38,082 bases of DNA from a virus (lineage: Duplodnaviria; Caudoviricetes): positions 1 to 38,082 of the IMG/VR virus record IMGVR_UViG_3300042321_000119, one strand, 5' to 3'. This document shows, in pieces, positions 8,608-16,061 of the stretch. Position 1 is the first letter of the stretch; every line of letters starts with the position of its first letter. The translations under genes and the position numbers were made by a program. Below the pieces are notes generated by a model. The model had not been told where the DNA came from, ran no database searches, and worked only from the letters and a program-made list of their open reading frames with translations.

Positions 8608-8781
8608 TTACTCCAATTCAATCTTGCTGTCGTCTTCGAGCAGCACAAATGAGTCGTCTTCAAGCAACAAGAAGTTACCACTGGGCGGCGTCGGGGCAGT
8701 TGCTTGTTTCCCCAAAGCAATAAGTGAGCCTAGCCCTACGGCTACTCCATTCTGCACAGCAACGCCGTAAAAAGAGCCCAT
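8608..8781 (-). CDS. 57-aa adaptor-like protein with acidic LLLEDD repeats (absent from the ORF track)
   Basis: MGSFYGVAVQNGVAVGLGSLIALGKQATAPTPPSGNFLLLEDDSFVLLEDDSKIELE; start overlaps the upstream TAA (TAATG). Confidence 0.75.
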   Translation of the reverse strand: MGSFYGVAVQNGVAVGLGSLIALGKQATAPTPPSGNFLLLEDDSFVLLEDDSKIELE

Positions 8782-9083
8782 TAGTTTCCGCTAATCGGCT
8801 TAGCGTACAAAGTGCCGCTAGAAGAAACCTGAATCGCTGATACACGCCAAGGACCGCCTGTCCCTTGGGGCACAGAAAACGGAATCGGCACGTTAGCGGG
8901 AATTGGCGTGCTGCTGGTCGTTGCAGTCACCCCGTTGCCGATGGTCACATAGGCGTCGCTTGTTGTCCAAACCAATAAAGCCTGAACGCCAGCGTCCCAA
9001 GTTCCCGTAGACCCGGCAGTGCCCGAATAAGCAACAGTCTTGGCCGGGAACAGACTGTCATCTAGCGGAATAAGTAATTGCAT
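8781..9083 (-). CDS. Small beta-rich virion protein (hypothetical)
   Basis: Thr/Ser/Gly-rich 100 aa ORF with GAGG RBS inside the structural operon. Confidence 0.65.
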   Translation of the reverse strand: MQLLIPLDDSLFPAKTVAYSGTAGSTGTWDAGVQALLVWTTSDAYVTIGNGVTATTSSTPIPANVPIPFSVPQGTGGPWRVSAIQVSSSGTLYAKPISGN

Positions 9084-9093
9084 CGTCTATACC

Positions 9094-9456
9094 TCAAGCC
9101 AAGAATTTCAGTTTATAAATCGTAGACAGATATAAGCCAAATATGGCATCTAACAGGTTTTGCAGCGTTGTGTCGTCTTTACTGACGACTTTATACCGCA
9201 TTTCCTCAAGTTCCTTAAGTTCCTTTTCCAAAAAGTCAAGCACGTTGTTCGACTTCTGGGCAGATGCTAGGGCAATCGGGCCAATCAGTCCGTGCCGACC
9301 CTGATACGCCTCGGCAAAGTCGTCTGCGAGGGGAATAATGCCCTCGTAGAACTTCTGTAGTGCCTTGTGTTTAGCGTAGTTACGGGTATTCAGGTGCGTG
9401 GAATGGGTCACATCCCGCGCTAAAAACAGCCGTCCGATAAAGACTTCGCAGGTCAT
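9094..9456 (-). CDS. Ferritin/Dps-like four-helix protein (DUF5856-like)
   Basis: HSTHLNT...HKALQKFYE...DDFAEAYQG...LQNLLD...YKLKFL resembles the Dps helix and metal-ligand pattern. Confidence 0.7.
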   Translation of the reverse strand: MTCEVFIGRLFLARDVTHSTHLNTRNYAKHKALQKFYEGIIPLADDFAEAYQGRHGLIGPIALASAQKSNNVLDFLEKELKELEEMRYKVVSKDDTTLQNLLDAIFGLYLSTIYKLKFLA

Positions 9457-11636
9457 TGCGGCGGTAACTCCATCGGCATTTGCGGTGGCATTTCCATCGG
9501 CATTTCAGCCTCTCTAGGAGCCGGGGCTACAAGGTCGTTAGCGGACAGCATCCCGCTAATCGTGCCCATTACGATGTCCTGAATCTGCTCTTCGGACATA
9601 CCCGCCTGAACCGCGCTGATACGCTTGGTTTCGGCGTCATACGCCTTAATCTGCGCTTCCTGCTCCTTGATCCGCAGTTCCGTCGCTTCCATCGAGCGCG
9701 AGACGTTCTGGAGCATCTGGAACATCTGATCCATCTCAGCGCCCATCGCTTCAATCTGCTGGTTAGCAGCCTGCAACGCTGGGTCTTCGTCAGGATCGGA
9801 GAGCAACTTGGGGTCAATCGTCTTGGCAAGGCGCTTGGCAATTTCTTGCGCTCCCGGCCAATCCATGTTTTTGACGAACAGGTCGCCTGCCACGCCCCAG
9901 AGGTTCGGGTTGGCTTGCAGGATTTGCGACATCGCGTCCATCGCCTCTTGGCGCTTGGTCATGTAAGACGGGCCGGTCGTGACGGCTACGTCGTACTTAC
10001 CAACGGACGGGTTGTAGATTTTCTCGATGACCACACCAGCCTGATCCATCAACTTGCGGACAGGCTCTTGCTGCATCGGGTCGATACGCACCGTCGAGGT
10101 TTCCCCGTCGATGCCGATGATGCGAGCGATACGCTGGGTATCGTAAATCTTCGGAATCAAGTCAACGAGTTGACGCGTAACGTAGCGGATAGCGCGGGCA
10201 AGGTTATCGACGTAATGATATGACCCCGTATCGCCCTGACGTTCACGCGCCAATATGGCCCGACCCGAACGCTCGTTAGACGTGGCGCCAAGGCTAGAGT
10301 CATAGTAGCCCGTCGTAGACTTAATGTCGTCCGACGCGCCCATCTTAGCCTGAATAAGCCCCGTTTGTGCAAGGGGTGGGGCGGCACGTTGGGGCAGCGG
10401 CAGCATGTTGCCAGCGCCGTCCGTAACGTCAGGATTGACCTCCAAATACGGCCAGTTCTGGGTATTGGCGGTCTTCCACTGATGCTCGTATCCCTCAAAT
10501 TGACCACCGTAGCCGATAAACGGCGCCTTGGGGGCCAAGGCGAGCATTTCTGCCTCTTGGGATACCCAGTAGTTGTACATGCGCTGCGCGTCTTTAGCGT
10601 TACGCACGAGGCCGCTGATGTAGATACGGCCCTCAACCTCATATTCGTTGCCGACCACGCGGACAACCGGGATCGACTTACCCGGCCACTCCTGCTCTTC
10701 CAGCACTTCGTAGCCGTTCGTCTTCATCCACTTAATCTTGCGGATGTCTACGTCACGGGTGCGAACAGGGGCAAGGCCCATAGCCTCCATCTGCGCGGCT
10801 TCGGGCGAGTCAGCGTAGGCGGTCATACCGCCCGGATACAGGTTTAACTTCGCTTTTTCATAGTAAGCGTAGAAGTATTCCGCAATCCGTACTGAATCGT
10901 CGGTAATCCACTGCGCCAGATTCTCGTCACCAATACCACGGCTCTGGATCGACGAGATGGGTTCGGCGTCAGGAAAATGACGCTCAAACTCCTCACGGGG
11001 CATGTCCTCGGTTATGAAACACCATTCTGCATCGGCTCCGCACGGGTCTTGGATGTGCGGGTCCATATATACCGAGAACGAGTTACGAACGCGAGCAATA
11101 CGGATGTCTTGGTCGAACGAATCGGGGTCGCAATACTCAGTCAGGATGCGGATATAGCCTTCGCCATACGTGACTTGGTTTTCGCAAGCCGTGTCGTAGG
11201 CAACGTCGGCATCCGAAATGTACTCGATGTGCCGGACGATACCGTCAAACACCTCGGCAACTTCAATGTCCGCCTTGTCATCGACCGGGATGACTTTGCC
11301 CGCAGGTCGGTTCTGGCGCTGGTCGTTAGTGACCTGCCGAACGTGCTGGGGCAGTTTGTTGATGGTTAGGCAGGGACGAGCGTTGATCGTCTGTCCTTGC
11401 ACTGCGCCACGGGTGGCTAAGACTTCCTGCGGCCACTGCCAGCGGTTATCTGGAGAACCCGCCATAAAGCGCAGGTCGTCCAATTCGCTGTCCCGAGACT
11501 CGCTATAAGCCGTCAGGGACAACTGCATCCGGGTACGCGCTTGGGCAAGGATATCGCCCGTACTACGCGCACGGCGGCTCTCGGGCGTATTAGCCACCTG
11601 AGCCGCGCCCTTCATCCCTGTCGGGTCTTTAGCCAT
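9453..11636 (-). CDS. Portal protein (P22-like)
   Basis: DLRFMAG..QW, RPCLTINKL, DAQRMYNYW, SGRAILARERQGD, GKYDVAVTTGPSYMTKRQEA; 727 aa. Confidence 0.93.
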   Translation of the reverse strand: MAKDPTGMKGAAQVANTPESRRARSTGDILAQARTRMQLSLTAYSESRDSELDDLRFMAGSPDNRWQWPQEVLATRGAVQGQTINARPCLTINKLPQHVRQVTNDQRQNRPAGKVIPVDDKADIEVAEVFDGIVRHIEYISDADVAYDTACENQVTYGEGYIRILTEYCDPDSFDQDIRIARVRNSFSVYMDPHIQDPCGADAEWCFITEDMPREEFERHFPDAEPISSIQSRGIGDENLAQWITDDSVRIAEYFYAYYEKAKLNLYPGGMTAYADSPEAAQMEAMGLAPVRTRDVDIRKIKWMKTNGYEVLEEQEWPGKSIPVVRVVGNEYEVEGRIYISGLVRNAKDAQRMYNYWVSQEAEMLALAPKAPFIGYGGQFEGYEHQWKTANTQNWPYLEVNPDVTDGAGNMLPLPQRAAPPLAQTGLIQAKMGASDDIKSTTGYYDSSLGATSNERSGRAILARERQGDTGSYHYVDNLARAIRYVTRQLVDLIPKIYDTQRIARIIGIDGETSTVRIDPMQQEPVRKLMDQAGVVIEKIYNPSVGKYDVAVTTGPSYMTKRQEAMDAMSQILQANPNLWGVAGDLFVKNMDWPGAQEIAKRLAKTIDPKLLSDPDEDPALQAANQQIEAMGAEMDQMFQMLQNVSRSMEATELRIKEQEAQIKAYDAETKRISAVQAGMSEEQIQDIVMGTISGMLSANDLVAPAPREAEMPMEMPPQMPMELPPQ

Positions 11637-11773
11637 TACTTGCCCTTCTTACCGGCTTTACGCTTAACCGAATACGCGATGGCAACAGCCTGCTTAACAG
11701 GCTTGCCTGCCTTCACTTCAGCGCGAATGTTCTTACGAAAAGCCCCCTTAGAGGCGGACTTTACAAGAGGCAT
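11636..11773 (-). CDS. Basic microprotein (45 aa)
   Basis: [45 protein letters not shown]; TAATG overlaps on both sides. Confidence 0.8.
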   Translation of the reverse strand: MPLVKSASKGAFRKNIRAEVKAGKPVKQAVAIAYSVKRKAGKKGK

Positions 11774-11961
11774 TAACGCATACCCCGTTTCATCGGAGTC
11801 GGTCGAAAATCAACCGCAGTGCGGATCATGTCCTCGTTAACGCGCTTCGGCATACGCGGAGCAGGCATCCGGGGCTTCTGCATCCGGCTGTTTTGGATCA
11901 TGTCACCGACTGTTGCGCCGGGAGACACGCCGATTGGACCGGGGTTTTTCTTTCCGTACAT
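11773..11961 (-). CDS. Basic Pro/Met-rich microprotein (62 aa)
   Basis: Fills the gap exactly; its stop overlaps the next ATG. Confidence 0.6.
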   Translation of the reverse strand: MYGKKNPGPIGVSPGATVGDMIQNSRMQKPRMPAPRMPKRVNEDMIRTAVDFRPTPMKRGMR

Positions 11962-11966
11962 GTTTC

Positions 11967-12140
11967 TTAGCCTTTTTTGGAGGTTTTACGGGGTTTTCGG
12001 GCGGTAAGGGCTGACTTTCTGAAATTGGCAGCCGTTGGAGCGCCCTTAGAACCCGGTTTACGCATCTTTTCGCCCGATCCCGCAGCGATTCGAGCGCGTT
12101 TAGCATGAATGTTCGCATATAGTCCCTTTTTTGCAGCCAT
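11967..12140 (-). CDS. Basic microprotein (57 aa)
   Basis: MAAKKGLYANIHAKRARIAAGSGEKMRKPGSKGAPTAANFRKSALTARKPRKTSKKG; the GLYANIHAKR motif recurs in phage genes at this position. Confidence 0.8.
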   Translation of the reverse strand: MAAKKGLYANIHAKRARIAAGSGEKMRKPGSKGAPTAANFRKSALTARKPRKTSKKG

Positions 12141-12141
12141 T

Positions 12142-12402
12142 TCAGCATTTCCATCGTTTTAAGGATGCTTTAGCGCGTTCGGCTGGCCCCTTGGCGTTGC
12201 GAACGACCCCTTTCATGCGGGCGCAAAACGACTTTTTACGTCCTGCGTCCGCTTTTGTCTTCGGACTGGGCGCCGGAGCCTTCAAATTAGACCCCGTCGC
12301 TCGATTGTACCGAGCACGTCCTTTGGCGGTCAATCCAGCCCCTCTTGACACGGGCTGCTTTTCTCCTCTACCAACTGAGAGGCTGACAGACTTCTTAGCC
12401 AT
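12142..12402 (-). CDS. Basic small protein (DUF6321-like)
   Basis: GLTAKGRARYN...GSNLKAP...RKKSFCARM...SLKRWKC; start overlaps the terL stop. Confidence 0.75.
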   Translation of the reverse strand: MAKKSVSLSVGRGEKQPVSRGAGLTAKGRARYNRATGSNLKAPAPSPKTKADAGRKKSFCARMKGVVRNAKGPAERAKASLKRWKC

Positions 12403-13931
12403 TAAGCACCCATCCAAGTGTTGATCATGCCGCTCTCACGGCTCGTGGTAATCGTGCGGGGTCGCTCGCGGTATTCGCGGTGCGCGACTGGATAGGCAAA
12501 CGTGACAGCGATGGCGTCAGCAGCGTCAGGCGATGCAAGGCCACGCGCCTTCATGTCTTTCTTCGACTCCAGCAGGATAGAGCCAGAGGAATTAATTTTC
12601 TGTTTTGGTCCTGTTAGGTCAGCCTTTAACTGCCTATCATTGGGCAGCGCAGCGTCTTTCAGCCACGACTTCATTTCGCCCCACAACTCTGCACGTTTGT
12701 TTTGCCACATAGCCGGGGTCTTGGACTTCCATCCGAAGTTAACGCCACGCACTACCTTATAGCGCTGCTCTTTCAAGCGATCAAGGATGCCGTAGCCTAA
12801 TCCGCCTTCGTCGAGGACGACGAGTGTGGGCTGGTATTCTTCAATCGCGTCGATAACTCGGCCAACAATCTCCATCGTGTCTTCGCCTTTAAAGCGCTTG
12901 ATGGCGATGATGTCTCGACCTTTGCGGACGGCGATAACGGTCGAGTCCGCTCCGCTGCGAGCCGGATCGACTCCAATAACAATAGGCGCTGTTTCATCCT
13001 TATGCCTGGCACGAGCCATGGCCTGATCCACAACGCTAGGCGGTATAAATTGGTCGTCACCTTCTGACGGAAACTCTCCATAGACTTCCACCTTGGCTTG
13101 CGGTGAGTCGATGCCGTATTCGTCGATGATCTGCTGATACACCGACTTATCGGTTTCTTCAACGGTGCGAGCGTCAATGTTGCGGGTGTTCCAGAACGCA
13201 CGCTTAGAGTGGAACGCCTCGAAGAAGTAGCCCTCGTTACGACGGGGGTTGCTAAACGACATCCAGAAACGGTGCGGGGTGTTCTCCGTAAAGAAGCCTG
13301 CCGTTACCGACCAAATGGGGTCAGGGATACCGGAGGCTTCGTCAAAGATGACCATAACGCCGTCAAAGTTGTGGACACCGGCATACGAGTCGGGGTTCTC
13401 TTCCGACCACAAGCGACCTTCGACGGACCAGTAACGAGTACCTTTTTTAAGGTCACGTTCAACGAGTTCGGCGAGCCACTTAGCGGGCATCACGCGGGTG
13501 GCGCTAATCTCAAACCAATGCGAGTTGATGAGGAGCGCTGCCCACTTAGTAATTTCTGCCCATGTGATCGAGCGTAACTGCGCTTCCGAGTTAGCCGACA
13601 CAATGGTCGTCGAGCCTATGCGAGTACTCAACATCCAGAGGATGAGCCACGACACCAGCGCAGACTTGCCGATACCGCGACCGGAAGCCGTAGCCATACG
13701 CAGGACTTCGTAAGAGGTTGCGGTCTTATTTTTCGCAGTGTGGGCGGCGATATCGCGCAGGATTTCCCGCTGCCACTTACGCGGACCCTTGAAGTGTTCT
13801 AAAGGCGTGCCTTTCTGGCCCCAAGGGAAAGCGAGTAGCACGAAAGCCTCTGGGTCGTCCTTAATAACGGGCGACCAGAGTTTGCTCATCAGCAACTCTT
13901 CTTCTTCGGGGCTATAAATCGGCTGTTGCAC
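12402..13931 (-). CDS. terL: Terminase large subunit
   Basis: Walker A ASGRGIGKS, Walker B VIFDEASG, FSNP, nuclease IGVDPARSGADSTV, SPDAADA. Confidence 0.96.
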   Translation of the reverse strand: MQQPIYSPEEEELLMSKLWSPVIKDDPEAFVLLAFPWGQKGTPLEHFKGPRKWQREILRDIAAHTAKNKTATSYEVLRMATASGRGIGKSALVSWLILWMLSTRIGSTTIVSANSEAQLRSITWAEITKWAALLINSHWFEISATRVMPAKWLAELVERDLKKGTRYWSVEGRLWSEENPDSYAGVHNFDGVMVIFDEASGIPDPIWSVTAGFFTENTPHRFWMSFSNPRRNEGYFFEAFHSKRAFWNTRNIDARTVEETDKSVYQQIIDEYGIDSPQAKVEVYGEFPSEGDDQFIPPSVVDQAMARARHKDETAPIVIGVDPARSGADSTVIAVRKGRDIIAIKRFKGEDTMEIVGRVIDAIEEYQPTLVVLDEGGLGYGILDRLKEQRYKVVRGVNFGWKSKTPAMWQNKRAELWGEMKSWLKDAALPNDRQLKADLTGPKQKINSSGSILLESKKDMKARGLASPDAADAIAVTFAYPVAHREYRERPRTITTSRESGMINTWMGA

Positions 13932-14400
13932 GTTCGTCCTTCAGGGTTAGCGGCTCAGTAGCCTCATGCGCTAATTGATCCGGTGTAGCGTCAAATACGC
14001 GGCCCGCCAAGACGCGAGATTCTGCCTCTTGCAGCGCGGCGACAATACTAATCTGGGATTTGATATCGACTTGGACTTGCTGTTTAGCCACCCAACCATG
14101 AAGGTTTTGGAGCAGGGCAAGCGCGGCTTTGGTGTCCCCATTAATCGCGCCTTCTCGCAAGGCCGACGCTGCCTCAACCTCAGAGTCCGCACGACCTTTC
14201 CCCTCAGCGACCGCAGCCGCGTTATCTAACTGGCAGAGTCTACGGTACTCAACGGGCAGCAACCCAGCCGCAAAGGCCAAGGCGTCACCCTTTAGCCCGA
14301 GTTTGGCGGCGTCGTAAATCTTTTGCAGAACCTCCGGCGATGCCTTCAGTTCACGAGGCGCAAAAGGAATGGACTTAAAGGATTCTGTTACGAGGTTCAT
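13912..14400 (-). CDS. terS: Terminase small subunit (probable)
   Basis: Directly upstream of and overlapping terL; HTH-like N-terminus, GDTKAALALLQNLHGW helix, QVQVDIK tail. Confidence 0.7.
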   Translation of the reverse strand: MNLVTESFKSIPFAPRELKASPEVLQKIYDAAKLGLKGDALAFAAGLLPVEYRRLCQLDNAAAVAEGKGRADSEVEAASALREGAINGDTKAALALLQNLHGWVAKQQVQVDIKSQISIVAALQEAESRVLAGRVFDATPDQLAHEATEPLTLKDERATADL

Positions 14401-14578
14401 ACCGGAACTCTTTGCCAGAACAGGCGGGAACGTCAGACATCCAGCCGTGGTGGGTGGCATGGGCACACCAGACCTTCTCAGCAACCTTAGTCACCTGAGC
14501 GGCCCAGAAGCAAGAGCGGCATACCAGAGACTTGGCAGCAAACTCTGCCCACTCCAACTCCGACATACGTATCGACAT
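14375..14578 (-). CDS. Small Cys/His-rich (Zn-binding) protein, possibly leaderless
   Basis: MSIRMSELEW...CRSCFW...WCAHATHHGW...PACSG; TGtTACAGT extended -10-like element ends 6 nt before the ATG. Confidence 0.55.
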   Translation of the reverse strand: MSIRMSELEWAEFAAKSLVCRSCFWAAQVTKVAEKVWCAHATHHGWMSDVPACSGKEFRYEPRNRIL

Positions 14579-14627
14579 AAGCGGACTGTAACAGAAGGTT
14601 TGGCAAGGAAGGAAGAGCAAGAGCAAA

Positions 14628-14862
14628 TTGGGCTACGCCCAACCAGTCTGCTCTGGCGAGCAGCAACGTGCAGGGTGATCCTGCCGGGAGGCCGCGATCT
14701 CCAACGTCCGTGGAGCCTGTGTGCCGAGGCGGAAGCGTCTAGGGATACGTTTAGTGCCTTAGATGGTGCATCCCTTACGGGCTGCTTCAGTTACCTCTCG
14801 GTCGCTACCAGCGCATCTGGTCAGACGTTGCTAATAAAGGATAACGGTAAAAGGTTTATTAG
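14628..14862. ncRNA. Candidate structured non-coding RNA (family not recognised)
   Basis: Nested complementary segments: AGCAACGT 14662-69 with ACGTTGCT 14825-32 enclosing GCAGG/CCTGC, GGAG/CTCC, CCGAG/CTCGG, GAAGC/GCTTC, AGGGAT/ATCCCT and ACCAG/CTGGT. Confidence 0.55.
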
Positions 14863-15215
14863 TGGAGAGGGCAAGTAAGGTTTTTAACCTTTTTATACGG
14901 ATGGCGGTTTTTTAGGTTTTCAGATCGAGATAGCACGCGAAGGTTGGCGATGCGGTTATCGGTCTTGTTCCTGTTGATGTGGTCAATATCGCCATCAGGC
15001 CACTCACCGTGTGAGATGTACCAAGCAAGACGTTGAGCGGTGTACGTCCGGCCCATGACGCTGATTTGATGGTAGCCAAACTTGCTCAACGAGCCTAAAG
15101 GCGAACCAGCAGGCTTGGACCCCCAGCGAATGTTTCGCGTAAACAATCCTGTTTCAGGGTTGTAGGAAATAAAGGTTTTGATTTCCTCAAGAGAGGCAGG
15201 TGCTTTTGGTTTCAT
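14859..15215 (-). CDS. HNH endonuclease (HNH_3 / homing type)
   Basis: YNPETGLF, GYHQI, RLAW, IDHINRNKTDNRIANLR...SEN. Confidence 0.9.
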   Translation of the reverse strand: MKPKAPASLEEIKTFISYNPETGLFTRNIRWGSKPAGSPLGSLSKFGYHQISVMGRTYTAQRLAWYISHGEWPDGDIDHINRNKTDNRIANLRVLSRSENLKNRHPYKKVKNLTCPLH

Positions 15216-15332
15216 GTTCCAAGCATAGCACAGTTACTTTTTTATTTAAATTGAAGTGATTGCAAAAATTTTAAAAAGTTTTTGTGAGGGCATCGTAATC
15301 GTGACCGGTCAACGCCATGCCCTACCCCCCCC

Positions 15333-15512
15333 TGTTGTTTTGACGCAACGGATGGTTGCATGTCTACCACAACCCTAGACGCTAATGATTCTCATCATGC
15401 GTAACAGAATCGTTTGCAATACGTTATGTTGCGTAGATGCAACACGTTGCGTTTATGCAACATGGCTACGTTGTGGCGTAGATGCAACAGTGATTGTTGC
15501 GTAGGTGCAACA
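15333..15512. repeat. Cluster of 18-bp palindromic boxes TGTTGC-N6-GCAACA
   Basis: Copies at 15427-44, 15445-62, 15472-89 and 15495-512; degenerate copy at 15333-50. Confidence 0.85.
15381..15399. promoter_or_regulatory. Fur-box-like site
   Basis: GCTAATGATTCTCATCATG matches 14/19 positions of the classical GATAATGATAATCATTATC consensus. Confidence 0.4.
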
Positions 15513-15567
15513 AGCAGAGGTGTCAGCAATCCGTAGTCACTACGGGAGGCTCTGTAGTCATTTCGAC

Positions 15568-15784
15568 TACTAACGCTCAAACCCTATAAAAATAGGCATT
15601 TGCGATCAATGTTAGTAAGTCAGTAAGTATTCTTTCCCTATACTTTTACTGTACTAACTTTTTTTGCAACTTCACTACTCTCTATCTTTTTTACTAACAG
15701 TTCCCATTTCTCCATGTTTTTCAATAGTTTAGGTGTTAGTAACTTTCACGCTAACTTCTGAATAGTGCTACTACGTTCACTAAC
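15568..15784. repeat. Dispersed TACTAAC/GTTAGTA heptamers in an AT-rich tract (possible origin)
   Basis: Exact copies at 15568, 15611 (rc), 15652, 15692 and 15735 (rc); near copy at 15778. Confidence 0.55.
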
Positions 15785-15818
15785 GCAACAGATACCTAGC
15801 GTTGCAGCATACTATCTC

Positions 15819-15873
15819 TGTAAAATAATCCTTTATATGATCAGACTGCTAGGTTATAAAAGACTTGTTTACA
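15819..15873 (+). promoter_or_regulatory. Early promoter with two overlapping inverted-repeat operators
   Basis: TTTATA(15832-37)-17 bp-TATAAA(15855-60); TGTAAA-N7-TTTATA and TATAAA-N7-TTTACA cover the -35 and -10. Confidence 0.55.
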
Positions 15874-15895
15874 AAACTACACGGAGCAACTAGTA

Positions 15896-16036
15896 ATGAC
15901 TCGTTTCCTAAACACTCTCTGTTTCGTTTCGTTTTTCGTATCAATTGCCGGTTACGTGATCGGCGCTGACTTGCTAGCCATTGTCGCTATGACGCTAGCC
16001 GGTGTCGCTGCAGCAATCGAATACGCGATCAACTAA
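15896..16036 (+). CDS. 46-aa two-helix membrane microprotein, first early gene
   Basis: GGAG RBS; MTRFLNTLCFVSFFVSIAGYVIGADLLAIVAMTLAGVAAAIEYAIN. Confidence 0.65.
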   Translation: MTRFLNTLCFVSFFVSIAGYVIGADLLAIVAMTLAGVAAAIEYAIN

Positions 16037-16061
16037 CTACAAGACTCTGGAGAATCACAAA

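Noticed and set aside
11903-12154. 83-aa minus-strand ORF
   Set aside because: A different frame (11967-12140) gives a recognisable basic protein that tiles without overlap.
14369-14878. 169-aa plus-strand ORF across the structured region
   Set aside because: No recognisable motifs and antisense to two plausible genes; RNA structure explains the region better.
14580-15215. Group I intron or IscB/HEARO element around the HNH gene
   Set aside because: No interrupted host gene, no convincing P7 core, and the 118-aa HNH lacks RuvC/PLMP motifs.
15427-15512. Palindromic repeats as a mini CRISPR array
   Set aside because: Repeats are 18 bp with gaps of only 0-9 bp; no cas genes.
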